The notes under the pieces were generated by a model that saw only the letters and a list, made by a program, of their open reading frames with translations, did not search any database and was not told the DNA's origin. Of a DNA stretch of 64,000 bases, positions 39,873 through 51,022 are shown piece by piece. Numbering within the stretch: position 1 is the first letter of the stretch; each line of letters begins with the position of its first letter. The stretch lies in sequence record ON528734; one strand, written 5' to 3'. Made by a program: the position numbers and the translations under genes. Source of the DNA: Shigella phage ESh24.

Positions 39873-40988
39873 TTAAACTTCTCTAAATTCTTGCCCAAAC
39901 ACTTTACCAGTTTTAGACGATGCTTGTGTAGGAAGTACCATTATATCTGGAGGTGAAGCAGATTCGCAGATATAATTAACTCGAATGCCATTAACGCCAA
40001 ACTCTGCAGGTTTTGAAATGCCACCATTTCTTGACACTTCAGAAAAGCTTAAATTTCTCATACCGCCTTGACCCGCTTGTGCAGTTCTCTGTGCGTATAT
40101 CGTAAATCCTACTGCATTTTCAGGAACAACTACATAATCTTCCTTTAACTCCCAAGACCCAGCTTGCCCAGTAAACTCAGCTTGGGTAGAGGAAATATAT
40201 CCATTCGACGCATTATAAAAACGAATTGAAATATTAGTAGTTCCCAACGCTAATAAATCAGCATCAGCATATAGTTGTGCTTTAAGATAAAGAACATCTC
40301 CAGGAATTAAATTATAGTCAGAAAGTTTACTTATTGCAGATGCTGTAGGTAGACGTGCAATTTCGTTATTAGTTCCACCAACAGCTGACATAAATTGCTC
40401 AACGCTTTCATATGTTCTTTTAGGAAATCCTGTCGCTCCAACATCTTCTAAACTATCAAATACTACGTCTAATATAGTTTGATAGTCATCTGTGCTTTTT
40501 CTGTTACTCAGTTTAACATGCTCTAATGCGATAGCTCTTTTAGAAGAAGTGTAAAAGGCAGCATATGATACGTCAAATCTTGACAATAAAGAATCAGATG
40601 GAAAAGCAGATGTTCCTGCCGTTCTTAACCAAGATACTACTTCAGGAGGAAAATTAACCTTTCCGCTAGTTAATATGGCAACAAGTCTATTGCTTGAAAA
40701 AGAATTCATGAAACTAACAAAAGCAGCAGATGTTGTATCATTTGAAGTAGAAAAAACATATGACTTACTATCAACCAATGCTCCCGTGGAAGGGTCAAAA
40801 ACTCTTAAATGAAGACCTGCACTAAATGTTTGACTTCCTACAGGATTATCTTGAAATTTAACATAAGGCCCTGCGGTAGAAAGCGGGCAAGAACCCGCTA
40901 TACTTATTTTATATCTTACTGAATTACTTTCCGATAAAAATGGCGTTTGGACATATCCTTGTCCAAACTCTGCCATAAATTTTTCCAT
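39873..40988 (-). CDS. 35: Long tail fibre hinge protein gp35
   Basis: 371 aa; position. Confidence 0.85.
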   Translation of the reverse strand: MEKFMAEFGQGYVQTPFLSESNSVRYKISIAGSCPLSTAGPYVKFQDNPVGSQTFSAGLHLRVFDPSTGALVDSKSYVFSTSNDTTSAAFVSFMNSFSSNRLVAILTSGKVNFPPEVVSWLRTAGTSAFPSDSLLSRFDVSYAAFYTSSKRAIALEHVKLSNRKSTDDYQTILDVVFDSLEDVGATGFPKRTYESVEQFMSAVGGTNNEIARLPTASAISKLSDYNLIPGDVLYLKAQLYADADLLALGTTNISIRFYNASNGYISSTQAEFTGQAGSWELKEDYVVVPENAVGFTIYAQRTAQAGQGGMRNLSFSEVSRNGGISKPAEFGVNGIRVNYICESASPPDIMVLPTQASSKTGKVFGQEFREV

Positions 40989-40996
40989 AATACCTC

Positions 40997-43900
40997 TTAT
41001 TCAACCCATTCAAATTTAACAGTTTTATTCACTGGGTCAGGAATAATGCGAACATTACCAATTCGTAAGAAATCACGAATAGTAAGATTCCCCATTGTAG
41101 CATTATCAGATGGTAAAGCACCGATATCAGACGGTTGAGGAGGGTTACCTCCATCAAATACCTGAACAAAACTTGACCAAGAATTTTTGGTTTTCTGCCA
41201 TGTGCGGGTCCAACGAGTGGTACGCGCTTCTGGAGTTGTTGGATAAGTAATCCAATCTTGATAAAGCGAATCAAGTGTGTTACCAAACTGAGTCAGTGTA
41301 CCAGGAGATTTAACTTCTTCGCCACGTTCTAAATATGGAAGACCAGTCACTTCATTAGTTTTTTCAACCATTTTAAAATAACCTGGGAACTGGTTATAAG
41401 TAGCTGAATCGTTAATATCAATTGACCAGAATCCTACAGTATCAGATGTTGGCGCACGTGTATATAAGTCAGATGTTTTAGTACCTTGAGAACGAATTCT
41501 CGAGTTAACAGTTAAACCACCAGAATTTATAGTAGCACCTTTGGCGATGATTAAGCTTTCACCAATCGTTACTTGACCAGATGCATTATTAATAGCTAAT
41601 GGGCGTAATCCATTGAATCCACCAGTCTGATCACCCGATGCAGTAAGCATAAAATTCGTTACTGATCCATCATTGCGAACAATGAAACCATAATTTCCGT
41701 TAATAGCACGGAAAGCATTTGCGCTTCGAGAAATAATTTCACCAGTTGCAGTGACTGAATTACCAAATGTTGCTACGCCATTTGCATTCAATGTTCCTGA
41801 AGCATTAACATTTATCGGTGTTACTGTACCGTTGATATTAAATGTTATATTTCCAGCTTTATTGCGCTGAGAATAAAAATGACTAGATGTTTCATCACTA
41901 ACTTCAAATACGGTAGAACGTGTTGTATCTAATTCCCCACTAAATTGATTTCCCCACACTCTAACAGTCATCGTTTGGGCTGGGTTTGTTCCAGTTTGAG
42001 GTCCTTTCTCAAAAATCAATCGAGTTGCTGTTCCAGTATTAGAAATCGTTAGTACACTATTTGCTGTAACTGAACCACCAAACGTAGCAGTACTAGATGA
42101 TACAAGAGGGGCACTCAGATTCGTTTGTTGGGTTAAGGTTAGTGAACCATTAACCGTCTGCGCAATGTCCCTACGAATGAACTGAGATGAATCTAGACCA
42201 TCCAATAAATTACTATCAGCAGCTTTTGCTTTTAACGGTAAATAATTTGCTAATACACGGTTTAATTCGTATGGTGATACTGCATAGCTATTTTTCTCAT
42301 ACAGTTCTAAATCTTGGGTAGAACCGACTGTATCATTACCGACAAATGTAATTGAACCAGATGAAGTTTTAACAAAGCCTCTTACTGTAGTAGTAGCTGC
42401 CCAGGTAGGTTCACTCTGTACAATCCATTTTAAATTTTTTGGAGATACAGCAGTATTTGCTGACGTTCCAGTCACAGTTTCAGACTGAGTTGCAACTTTA
42501 ATAACACCTTCTTGTGCTTCAGTAGATTTAGTACCTAAAAGCTTTTTAGGAGTTATTAAAACATTATCTAATTTTCCAGCAGCAGCTTCAACTTGTGTAG
42601 CCACACGAAGTGTACCACGTTGTGTCTCATTTGCTTCAAGAATATTAAGGGTATAATGGTCCCAGAGAGTTCCTGATTCAACTAATCCAGATAGAGCAAC
42701 AACAGAAGTACGATCAGTACTATTAAATCTAGTTTTAATTTTTAATGGTGTAGAGATACGAGTATCGTCGACGCCTGCGTCGAATTCAACTTGTGTAGCA
42801 ATTTCAGCTATACCACTTAAACTTTCAGTTGCTCTACGGTCATTTAAAGTTTTAGGAGTGACTGCACGAGTATAATCAGTTCCTGTATTAACTTCAGATT
42901 GTGTAGCAATTTCAATTAATCCAATTCTTCCATCAGTTGATGTCTTTTTGTGTAACGTTTCTGGCGTTACAACAGCATTTGCCCATCCTTCTTGACTCTG
43001 TCCAGCAATTACTTCACTTTCAACTGCTAAAATTACTGCACCTTGTTGCGTTGGAGTAGCTTTATATTGATCTAAAGCTTTAGGTGAAACAACTAAATTA
43101 TTAGTGTTTTTATTATAAACGTTTGTACCATTTAATTCACGGCTAGAAGCTGGAGTAGCACCTGCAGTAGATACAAAAGTTACAATACCAGATAATGATT
43201 CAGAACCTTGACGAGCTTGAAGCTTTTTAGGAGTAATGATGGTTGTATCATCTGTTCCTGCGTTTGTTTCTTGCTGCGTAGCAATTTCAGCAACACCTCT
43301 GCGAGTTTCTGTAGCAGTTCTTTCATTCAGCTTTTTAGGAGTGATGATAATATCATCAGCAAAAGAGAATGTAGTATCCTGGTTAACTTGAGCAGTAGTT
43401 GCTATTCTTGCGATACCTCTGCGAGTTTCAGTAGCAGTACGATTAGCTAACGTTTCTGGAGTAATTGCTAATTCTTTTTGTGGAGAATTTTCTAAATCGA
43501 CATTAGCTTGAGCTTGTGTAGCTAAAGCAATTACGCCTAATCTTGCTCTAGTAGAATCATTTAAAGAGTCTACTCTTTCTACAGTTGGAACGTTTTGCTG
43601 TACAACCCAGTATTTTCCATCAGAATCTTCAATATATGCAAGCTCTAAAACTGGAACATAATTAGTTTCACCGTTAAAAACTAATTCTTGAACTGTAACC
43701 CACTCAGCTCCAGGCGGATATTCTGAGCGTTTTGGGAATTGCAGCAATTGAACTGAGGAAGCAATTTTATCTTCACCAGCAGCTTTGATTTTAACTGTTT
43801 GTCCTTTTCTCATGTAATTCATGGAAATTTTAACAGTATCACCAACAGAAATATCAGTCGGAAGCTGAAGCTCAATTGTTTGAGTTGCTCCGTTATTCGC

Positions 43901-44866
43901 ACCAAACACCATGACTTCTTCATTTGGACGAATATTAGAATTAGTTGTTATAATGCGTAAACGTGCTTTACTATCCCCGTCAAACAATCTCCACAATTTC
44001 TCATTATCATCAAACATCAAGAAACCGTCAATCGTTGTACGGCCTTCAATGGAATGAGTTCCAACTTCTTGTACTGAAGTCGTTTCATCGTATGTAGTAA
44101 CAATTGTATGATAAAGCGGATTTAGTTTATCTAAATCGACGAAATTAATAATATCGCCATGATTAGCAAATCTTGGAAGTTTAACATTAATTGGTGCAGC
44201 AGAAGTAAATCTACGTACGATAAAATCGTTGGATTGCGCTTGATAAAGACTCGCTGGAGTTACAACTGCCGCTTCTCTACTATAATCAGCAACATACATT
44301 TGCCACAGACGATTACTAAAAATTAAAACTATCTGTGACTTTGGATGAGTCATTAGTACTGAACGTACTTGTTCACCTCTAAAGTTTACAATGCTTTGTA
44401 CCGGAGCTGTAATTAAAACCTGGTTAACTCCAGGTTTTCCTCCAATATCTTGGAGAACGATAGTATCACCATCAATTGGAGAAGATGGCAAAGTAAATGT
44501 AATGTCATTACCCGCTGCGGTGTTAACTGAAATCGATTCGCCTGATTTTAATTGATAAGGTCCTGACGAAACAGTTGTCCAGTTTGCATCGGTACGTAAT
44601 GCTCTCCAGCGTCCGCTATTAAAAGCTCCTGCTGGTTTTGGAATATCATTTATAGCAGCCCAAAAGCGGTTATCATAAATGATTACAAAATCTTTTAAAT
44701 ATCCACGAGTTGGATCATATTGTTGAACTGTGTTTTCTTGAATTAAGTAATCAACGTTAACACCGTCAGTTCCTACGGTACGATCAGCTAAAGCTACGTT
44801 GATTATTTTATCGCCACCTGCGTCCAGACCATCTTCTGCTCTGAACTTTCTTTTAATCTCGGCCAT
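40997..44866 (-). CDS. 34: Long tail fibre proximal subunit gp34
   Basis: 1289 aa, identical in length to T4 gp34. Confidence 0.92.
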   Translation of the reverse strand: MAEIKRKFRAEDGLDAGGDKIINVALADRTVGTDGVNVDYLIQENTVQQYDPTRGYLKDFVIIYDNRFWAAINDIPKPAGAFNSGRWRALRTDANWTTVSSGPYQLKSGESISVNTAAGNDITFTLPSSPIDGDTIVLQDIGGKPGVNQVLITAPVQSIVNFRGEQVRSVLMTHPKSQIVLIFSNRLWQMYVADYSREAAVVTPASLYQAQSNDFIVRRFTSAAPINVKLPRFANHGDIINFVDLDKLNPLYHTIVTTYDETTSVQEVGTHSIEGRTTIDGFLMFDDNEKLWRLFDGDSKARLRIITTNSNIRPNEEVMVFGANNGATQTIELQLPTDISVGDTVKISMNYMRKGQTVKIKAAGEDKIASSVQLLQFPKRSEYPPGAEWVTVQELVFNGETNYVPVLELAYIEDSDGKYWVVQQNVPTVERVDSLNDSTRARLGVIALATQAQANVDLENSPQKELAITPETLANRTATETRRGIARIATTAQVNQDTTFSFADDIIITPKKLNERTATETRRGVAEIATQQETNAGTDDTTIITPKKLQARQGSESLSGIVTFVSTAGATPASSRELNGTNVYNKNTNNLVVSPKALDQYKATPTQQGAVILAVESEVIAGQSQEGWANAVVTPETLHKKTSTDGRIGLIEIATQSEVNTGTDYTRAVTPKTLNDRRATESLSGIAEIATQVEFDAGVDDTRISTPLKIKTRFNSTDRTSVVALSGLVESGTLWDHYTLNILEANETQRGTLRVATQVEAAAGKLDNVLITPKKLLGTKSTEAQEGVIKVATQSETVTGTSANTAVSPKNLKWIVQSEPTWAATTTVRGFVKTSSGSITFVGNDTVGSTQDLELYEKNSYAVSPYELNRVLANYLPLKAKAADSNLLDGLDSSQFIRRDIAQTVNGSLTLTQQTNLSAPLVSSSTATFGGSVTANSVLTISNTGTATRLIFEKGPQTGTNPAQTMTVRVWGNQFSGELDTTRSTVFEVSDETSSHFYSQRNKAGNITFNINGTVTPINVNASGTLNANGVATFGNSVTATGEIISRSANAFRAINGNYGFIVRNDGSVTNFMLTASGDQTGGFNGLRPLAINNASGQVTIGESLIIAKGATINSGGLTVNSRIRSQGTKTSDLYTRAPTSDTVGFWSIDINDSATYNQFPGYFKMVEKTNEVTGLPYLERGEEVKSPGTLTQFGNTLDSLYQDWITYPTTPEARTTRWTRTWQKTKNSWSSFVQVFDGGNPPQPSDIGALPSDNATMGNLTIRDFLRIGNVRIIPDPVNKTVKFEWVE

Positions 44867-44900
44867 TCTCCCGGGCTCCTATTGTGTTTTCAATAATAAG

Positions 44901-44908
44901 TATTTATA
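44901..44908 (-). promoter_or_regulatory. Late promoter for gene 34
   Basis: TATAAATA on the minus strand about 35 bp upstream of the gene 34 start. Confidence 0.7.
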
Positions 44909-44970
44909 CTTGTTTACTTTAAGATTTGGATGGTATATAATAGAAATCTCACTAATTGAACGAGGTTCAT

Positions 44971-45888
44971 ATGGATTTAGAAATGATGCTGGATGAAGAT
45001 TATAAAGAAGGAATTTGCTTTATTGACTTTAGTCAGATTGCGCTTTCAACTGCTTTAGTAAACTTCCCAGATAAAGAAAAAATTAATTTATCAATGGTTC
45101 GTCATTTGATATTGAACTCAATTAAGTTTAATGTCAAAAAAGCAAAAACGCTTGGATACACTAAAATTGTACTGTGTATTGATAACGCGAAATCTGGATA
45201 TTGGCGTCGTGATTTCGCTTATTATTATAAGAAAAACCGTGGAAAAGCACGAGAAGAATCGACTTGGGACTGGGAAGGTTATTTTGAATCCAGCCATAAA
45301 GTTATAGATGAATTGAAAACTTATATGCCATATATTGTTATGGATATTGATAAGTATGAAGCAGATGACCACATTGCTGTTCTTGTTAAAAAGTTCTCTT
45401 TAGAAGGACATAAGATTTTAATCATTTCATCGGATGGTGACTTTACACAGCTTCACAAATACCCAAATGTTAAGCAATGGTCGCCGATGCATAAGAAATG
45501 GGTTAAAATTAAAAGCGGTTCTGCTGAAATTGACTGTATGACTAAAATCCTTAAAGGCGACAAAAAGGATAACGTTGCTTCAGTTAAAGTACGATCTGAC
45601 TTTTGGTTTACTAGAGTTGAAGGTGAACGAACTCCTTCAATGAAAACTTCAATCGTTGAAGCTATTGCTAATGACCGTGAGCAAGCTAAGGTGCTTCTCA
45701 CAGAATCTGAGTATAATCGTTATAAAGAAAATTTAGTTCTAATTGATTTTGATTATATTCCTGATAATATTGCTTCAAACATTGTGAATTACTATAATTC
45801 ATATAAATTACCACCGCGTGGCAAAATTTATTCATATTTTGTAAAAGCGGGTCTTTCTAAATTAACTAATAGCATTAATGAATTTTGA
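44971..45888 (+). CDS. rnh: RNase H (5'-3' exonuclease / flap endonuclease)
   Basis: 305 aa from ATG 44971 after a GAGG RBS. Confidence 0.9.
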   Translation: MDLEMMLDEDYKEGICFIDFSQIALSTALVNFPDKEKINLSMVRHLILNSIKFNVKKAKTLGYTKIVLCIDNAKSGYWRRDFAYYYKKNRGKAREESTWDWEGYFESSHKVIDELKTYMPYIVMDIDKYEADDHIAVLVKKFSLEGHKILIISSDGDFTQLHKYPNVKQWSPMHKKWVKIKSGSAEIDCMTKILKGDKKDNVASVKVRSDFWFTRVEGERTPSMKTSIVEAIANDREQAKVLLTESEYNRYKENLVLIDFDYIPDNIASNIVNYYNSYKLPPRGKIYSYFVKAGLSKLTNSINEF

Positions 45889-45896
45889 GGTGAATA

Positions 45897-46166
45897 ATGG
45901 CTAAAAAAGAAATGGTTGAATTTGATGAAGCTATCCATGGCGAAGACTTGGCTAAATTTATTAAAGAAGCATCTGATCATAAACTGAAAATTTCCGGTTA
46001 TAATGAATTGATTAAAGATATTCGAATTCGTGCCAAAGATGAACTTGGTGTTGATGGTAAGATGTTTAATCGTTTGTTAGCTTTGTATCATAAAGATAAT
46101 CGTGATGTGTTTGAAGCTGAAACTGAAGAGGTAGTTGAACTTTATGACACAGTTTTCTCTAAATGA
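45897..46166 (+). CDS. dsbA: Double-stranded DNA binding protein DsbA
   Basis: 89 aa, position between rnh and 33. Confidence 0.8.
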   Translation: MAKKEMVEFDEAIHGEDLAKFIKEASDHKLKISGYNELIKDIRIRAKDELGVDGKMFNRLLALYHKDNRDVFEAETEEVVELYDTVFSK

Positions 46167-46482
46167 TATTCGTCCGGTCGATGAGGCCGGGCTTTCAGAA
46201 AAAGAACTTTCCCTTAAAAAGGAAAAAGATGAAATCGCAAAGCTTCTTGATCGACAAGAAAATGGATTTATTATTGAAAAGATGGTAGAAGAATTTGGAA
46301 TGAGTTATCTTGAAGCTACGACAGCATTCTTGGAAGAAAATTCTATTCCTGAAACTCAATTTGCTAAATTTATTCCTTCGGGTATAATTGAAAAAATTCA
46401 GTCAGAAGCTATTGACGAAAATCTTTTGCGTCCTTCTGTTGTTCGTTGTGAAAAAACTAATACATTAGATTTTCTACTATGA
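46144..46482 (+). CDS. 33: Late transcription co-activator gp33
   Basis: 112 aa from MTQFSLNDIRPVDE, matches recalled T4 gp33. Confidence 0.9.
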   Translation: MTQFSLNDIRPVDEAGLSEKELSLKKEKDEIAKLLDRQENGFIIEKMVEEFGMSYLEATTAFLEENSIPETQFAKFIPSGIIEKIQSEAIDENLLRPSVVRCEKTNTLDFLL

Positions 46483-47132
46483 TTAAACTCCGCATGCCTG
46501 CTGGTGGTGAAAGATACATTGATGGTAAATCAGTTTATAAATTATACTTAATGATAAAACAACATATGAATGGAAAATATGATGTTATTAAGTACAATTG
46601 GTGCATGCGGGTGTCTGATGCCGCTTATCAAAAGCGAAGGGATAAGTATTTTTTCCAGAAGTTATCAGAAAAATATAAATTAAAGGAACTTGCTTTAATC
46701 TTTATAAGCAATTTGGTTGCTAACCAAGATGCTTGGATTGGTGACATCTCTGACGCTGATGCACTTGTGTTTTATCGTGAATATATCGGACGCTTAAAGC
46801 AAATTAAATTTAAGTTTGAAGAAGATATTCGCAACATTTATTATTTTAGTAAAAAAGTTGAAGTTTCTGCTTTTAAAGAAATCTTTGAATATAATCCAAA
46901 GGTTCAATCAAGTTATATTTTTAAACTGCTTCAGTCGAATATAATTTCGTTTGAAACGTTTATCTTGCTTGATTCGTTTTTAAATATAATTGATAAACAT
47001 GATGAACAGACTGATAATTTAGTTTGGAACAATTATTCTATAAAGTTAAAGGCTTATAGAAAAATTTTAAATATTGATTCACAGAAAGCTAAAAGTGTTT
47101 TCATTGAAACTGTGAAATCTTGCAAGTATTAA
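46479..47132 (+). CDS. 59: Helicase loader gp59
   Basis: 217 aa (T4 gp59 length), upstream of 32. Confidence 0.9.
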   Translation: MIKLRMPAGGERYIDGKSVYKLYLMIKQHMNGKYDVIKYNWCMRVSDAAYQKRRDKYFFQKLSEKYKLKELALIFISNLVANQDAWIGDISDADALVFYREYIGRLKQIKFKFEEDIRNIYYFSKKVEVSAFKEIFEYNPKVQSSYIFKLLQSNIISFETFILLDSFLNIIDKHDEQTDNLVWNNYSIKLKAYRKILNIDSQKAKSVFIETVKSCKY

Positions 47133-47231
47133 TTGCTTATTATAAATAGATTATAATTATCTCACTGACCAGCTATGAGGTCATACATCGTCATAGCACC
47201 AACTGTTAATTAAATTAAAAAGGAAATAAAA
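47133..47231 (+). promoter_or_regulatory. Gene 32 control region: MotA-box middle promoter, TATAAATA late promoter, translational operator
   Basis: TTGCTTA at 47133-47139 with TATAAT 12 bp downstream; TATAAATA at 47141-47148; leader ACCAGCUAUGAGGUCAUACAUCGUCAUAGCA resembles the recalled gene 32 pseudoknot, followed by an AU-rich tract. Confidence 0.6.
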
Positions 47232-48140
47232 ATGTTTAAACGTAAATCTACTGCTGAACTCGCTGCACAAATGGCTAAACTGGCTGGAAATAAAGGTGGT
47301 TTTTCTTCTGAAGATAAAGGCGAGTGGAAACTGAAACTCGATAATGCGGGTAATGGTCAAGCAGTAATTCGTTTTCTTCCGTCTAAAAATGATGAACAAG
47401 CACCATTCGCAATTCTTGTAAATCACGGTTTCAAGAAAAATGGTAAATGGTATATTGAAAACTGTTCATCTACCCACGGTGATTACGATTCTTGTCCAGT
47501 ATGTCAGTATATCAGTAAAAATGATCTGTACAACACTGACAATAAAGAGTACAGTCTTGTTAAACGTAAAACTTCTTACTGGGCTAACATTCTTGTTGTA
47601 AAAGACCCAGCTGCTCCAGAAAACGAAGGTAAAGTATTTAAATATCGTTTCGGTAAGAAAATCTGGGATAAAATCAACGCAATGATTGCAGTTGATGTTG
47701 AAATGGGTGAAACTCCGGTTGATGTAACTTGTCCGTGGGAAGGTGCTAACTTTGTACTGAAAGTTAAACAAGTTTCTGGATTTAGTAACTACGACGAATC
47801 TAAATTCCTGAATCAATCTGCGATTCCAAACATTGATGATGAATCTTTCCAGAAAGAACTGTTCGAACAAATGGTTGACCTTTCTGAAATGACTTCTAAA
47901 GATAAATTCAAATCGTTTGAAGAACTAAGCACTAAGTTCAGTCAAGTTATGGGAACTGCTGCTATGGGTGGTGCCGCAGCAACTGCCGCTAAGAAAGCTG
48001 ATAAAGTTGCTGATGATTTGGATGCATTCAATGTTGATGACTTCAAAACAAAAACTGAAGATGATTTTATGAGCTCAAGCTCTGGCAGTTCATCTAGTGC
48101 TGATGACACGGACCTGGATGACCTTTTGAATGACCTTTAA
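47232..48140 (+). CDS. 32: Single-stranded DNA binding protein gp32
   Basis: 302 aa; zinc site C..H..C..C; acidic Ser/Asp-rich C-terminus. Confidence 0.95.
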   Translation: MFKRKSTAELAAQMAKLAGNKGGFSSEDKGEWKLKLDNAGNGQAVIRFLPSKNDEQAPFAILVNHGFKKNGKWYIENCSSTHGDYDSCPVCQYISKNDLYNTDNKEYSLVKRKTSYWANILVVKDPAAPENEGKVFKYRFGKKIWDKINAMIAVDVEMGETPVDVTCPWEGANFVLKVKQVSGFSNYDESKFLNQSAIPNIDDESFQKELFEQMVDLSEMTSKDKFKSFEELSTKFSQVMGTAAMGGAAATAAKKADKVADDLDAFNVDDFKTKTEDDFMSSSSGSSSSADDTDLDDLLNDL

Positions 48141-48162
48141 TAGATTATATTACTAATTAATT

Positions 48163-48188
48163 GGGGACCCTAGAGGTCCCCTTTTTAT
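48163..48188 (+). terminator. Rho-independent terminator after gene 32
   Basis: GGGGACC-CTAGA-GGTCCCC plus T-run. Confidence 0.75.
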
Positions 48189-48211
48189 TTCAAAAATTTT
48201 TTCACAAAACG

Positions 48212-48245
48212 GTTTACATCCTTGTCCTTCCATGGTACTATACAA
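48212..48245 (+). promoter_or_regulatory. Early promoter (repeat module copy)
   Basis: GTTTACA then GTACTATAC. Confidence 0.55.
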
Positions 48246-48284
48246 CTATCGGCAATACTGCTGATGATTAAAGAGGAAAATAAT

Positions 48285-48515
48285 ATGGCTAAAGTTGATA
48301 TTGACATTGTTGATTTTGAATATATTGAAGAGATTATTCGTAATCGTTATCCTGAACTTAGTATCACAAGTATTCACGATGATCCCAATTATTGCAATTT
48401 TTCTATTGTCATTGAAGGTCCTCTTGAAGACCTCACCCGCTTTATGGCTAATGAATATTGTGATGGTATGGATTCTGAAGACGCAGAATTTTACATGGGA
48501 TTGATTGAACAATAA
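48285..48515 (+). CDS. Hypothetical acidic protein (76 aa)
   Basis: GAGGAAAATAAT-ATG. Confidence 0.5.
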   Translation: MAKVDIDIVDFEYIEEIIRNRYPELSITSIHDDPNYCNFSIVIEGPLEDLTRFMANEYCDGMDSEDAEFYMGLIEQ

Positions 48516-48559
48516 TTATCAAGGGGCTATTACAGCCCCGTTAAAATGAGGAAAACGCA

Positions 48560-48925
48560 ATGTATATCGGTAAAAAGTATGAACTTGTTCCAAGACTTAT
48601 TGATACATTTATTAATTATCGCCCACGTTCTAATTCAGCAATAGTTAAAATTATTCAAGAAAATGGCGGATGGTTTGAAGTTAAAGAAGCTTTCTTTGTT
48701 GATGGATTTAGAGTAATAAAACACATTGAATGCGCAAATGGAAAGCATTTTTACTTTAACGTTTGTGAAGACGAATTTCATTGTTTTCGTGAGTATAAAG
48801 AACTGACTTCTGAAGAAGATGAAGTCAAAGACAAGGTTTCTGGCGTAACAAAAATTCACTGCATTGTAGACGAAAACAATGTAGATGAAATCATTGAACT
48901 TTTGCGAAAAACTTTCAAAAAGTAG
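48560..48925 (+). CDS. Hypothetical protein (121 aa)
   Basis: GAGGAAAA RBS. Confidence 0.55.
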   Translation: MYIGKKYELVPRLIDTFINYRPRSNSAIVKIIQENGGWFEVKEAFFVDGFRVIKHIECANGKHFYFNVCEDEFHCFREYKELTSEEDEVKDKVSGVTKIHCIVDENNVDEIIELLRKTFKK

Positions 48926-48958
48926 TTTACAACAGGGTAGTAGTGTGATACTATTACC
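48925..48958 (+). promoter_or_regulatory. Early promoter with imperfect inverted repeat
   Basis: GTTTACA; AGGGTAGTAGT / ACTATTACCCT arms around the -10 element. Confidence 0.5.
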
Positions 48959-48979
48959 CTATCAACTAAGGAGAATAAA

Positions 48980-49222
48980 ATGAGATTACAACGCCAGAGC
49001 ATCAAAGATTCGGAAGTTAGAGGTAAATGGTATTTTAATATCATCGGTAAAGATTCTGAACTCGTTGAAAAAGCTGAACATCTTTTACGTGATATGGGAT
49101 GGGAAGATGAATGTGATGGATGCCCTCTTTATGAGGATGGAGAAAGCGCAGGATTCTGGATTTACCATTCTGACGTCGAGCAGTTTAAAGCTGATTGGAA
49201 AATTGTGAAAAAGTCTGTTTAA
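48980..49222 (+). CDS. Hypothetical protein (80 aa)
   Basis: AAGGAGAA RBS. Confidence 0.55.
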   Translation: MRLQRQSIKDSEVRGKWYFNIIGKDSELVEKAEHLLRDMGWEDECDGCPLYEDGESAGFWIYHSDVEQFKADWKIVKKSV

Positions 49223-49232
49223 GGAAAATAAT

Positions 49233-49475
49233 ATGATTTTTGTATTTGAATTTATGAATGATGAATTCGATTATGCAATTTTTAACGCATTGCATAATCC
49301 TGATTTAAATGAATTTAATGAAATGTTTTCTGACGCTTTGAGCATGTCAGAAGAATACTGTGGAGAATGTCAACGTGTTTGTGTGACAGTTTTTGAAAAC
49401 AAAGAAAAGACTTACGAAGAATTATTCTTTGATGCTAATAAAGCCACTGAATGGTTTATTGAAAGGGGGTTTTGA
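49233..49475 (+). CDS. Hypothetical acidic protein (80 aa)
   Basis: AAGGAAAATAAT-ATG. Confidence 0.55.
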   Translation: MIFVFEFMNDEFDYAIFNALHNPDLNEFNEMFSDALSMSEEYCGECQRVCVTVFENKEKTYEELFFDANKATEWFIERGF

Positions 49476-50063
<588 letters not shown>

Positions 50064-50082
50064 AATAACGTGTGGCGGAAAT

Positions 50083-50430
50083 ATGAATTTTAATTATTAC
50101 CCTATTCTATTAGAAAAAGATGATAAGCAGCCAAAGTGGCAGGGTCCTCAGTTTATTAAAGGCGTCTATCAATTAGTAGTTCCTAAAGACAAGATTTATA
50201 GCAGTTGTTTCACTGAATCCGCCTGCAGTATTTTCGGTAATAGTTCTCCGTATTGGAATTTTGACATAAAGCTGGATAGAAATATCGATATTTGGTTGAA
50301 AGCTATGGATATTGGTAATATCACGTTTGATGAGAATAATTATCATATTATTGGTCGCTTTTCCAAACGCGGTAAAGAATTGTATTTCACACCTGAAATT
50401 GAAAGAAAATTTGATGCTAAACCGTATTGA
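50083..50430 (+). CDS. Hypothetical protein (115 aa) between frd and td
   Basis: ORF with GGCGGA RBS; no recognisable motif. Confidence 0.65.
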   Translation: MNFNYYPILLEKDDKQPKWQGPQFIKGVYQLVVPKDKIYSSCFTESACSIFGNSSPYWNFDIKLDRNIDIWLKAMDIGNITFDENNYHIIGRFSKRGKELYFTPEIERKFDAKPY

Positions 50431-50473
50431 TTATTTAGCTTCATAAAATGTATTATAATATATAAGGTACTAA

Positions 50474-51022
50474 ATGAAACAATACCAAGATTTAATTAAA
50501 GACATTTTTGAAAATGGCTATGAAACCGATGACCGAACAGGCACAGGAACAATTGCTTTGTTTGGTACTAAATTACGCTGGGATTTAACTAAAGGTTTTC
50601 CTGCAGTAACAACTAAGAAGCTCGCTTGGAACGCATGTATTGCTGAGCTTCTATGGTTTATTTCCGGTTCTACCAATGTTAATGATTTACGTCTTCGTAC
50701 TCATGGTAGTCTTATTCAAGGTAAAACTATCTGGGATGACAATTATGAAAACCAAGCTAAAGACCTAGGATATCATAGTGGTGAACTTGGTCCAATTTAT
50801 GGAAAACAGTGGCGTGATTTCGGTGGTGTGGATCAATTAGTTGAAACTATTGATCGTATTAAAAAATTACCAACTGATCGACGTCAAATCGTTTCAGCAT
50901 GGAATCCAGCTGAAATCAATCAAATGGCATTACCGCCCTGTCATATGTTCTATCAGTTTAATGTGCGTAATGGCTATTTAGATTTGCAGTGGTATCAACG
51001 ATCAGTAGATGTTTTCTTGGGT
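50474..51022 (+). CDS. td: Thymidylate synthase, exon 1
   Basis: 183 codons ending ...VDVFLG immediately before the intron. Confidence 0.9.

Noticed and set aside
41029-41286. 85-aa minus-strand ORF and 40947..41138 plus-strand ORF at the 34/35 junction
   Set aside because: Overlap the gene 34 C-terminal coding frame; alternative-frame artefacts
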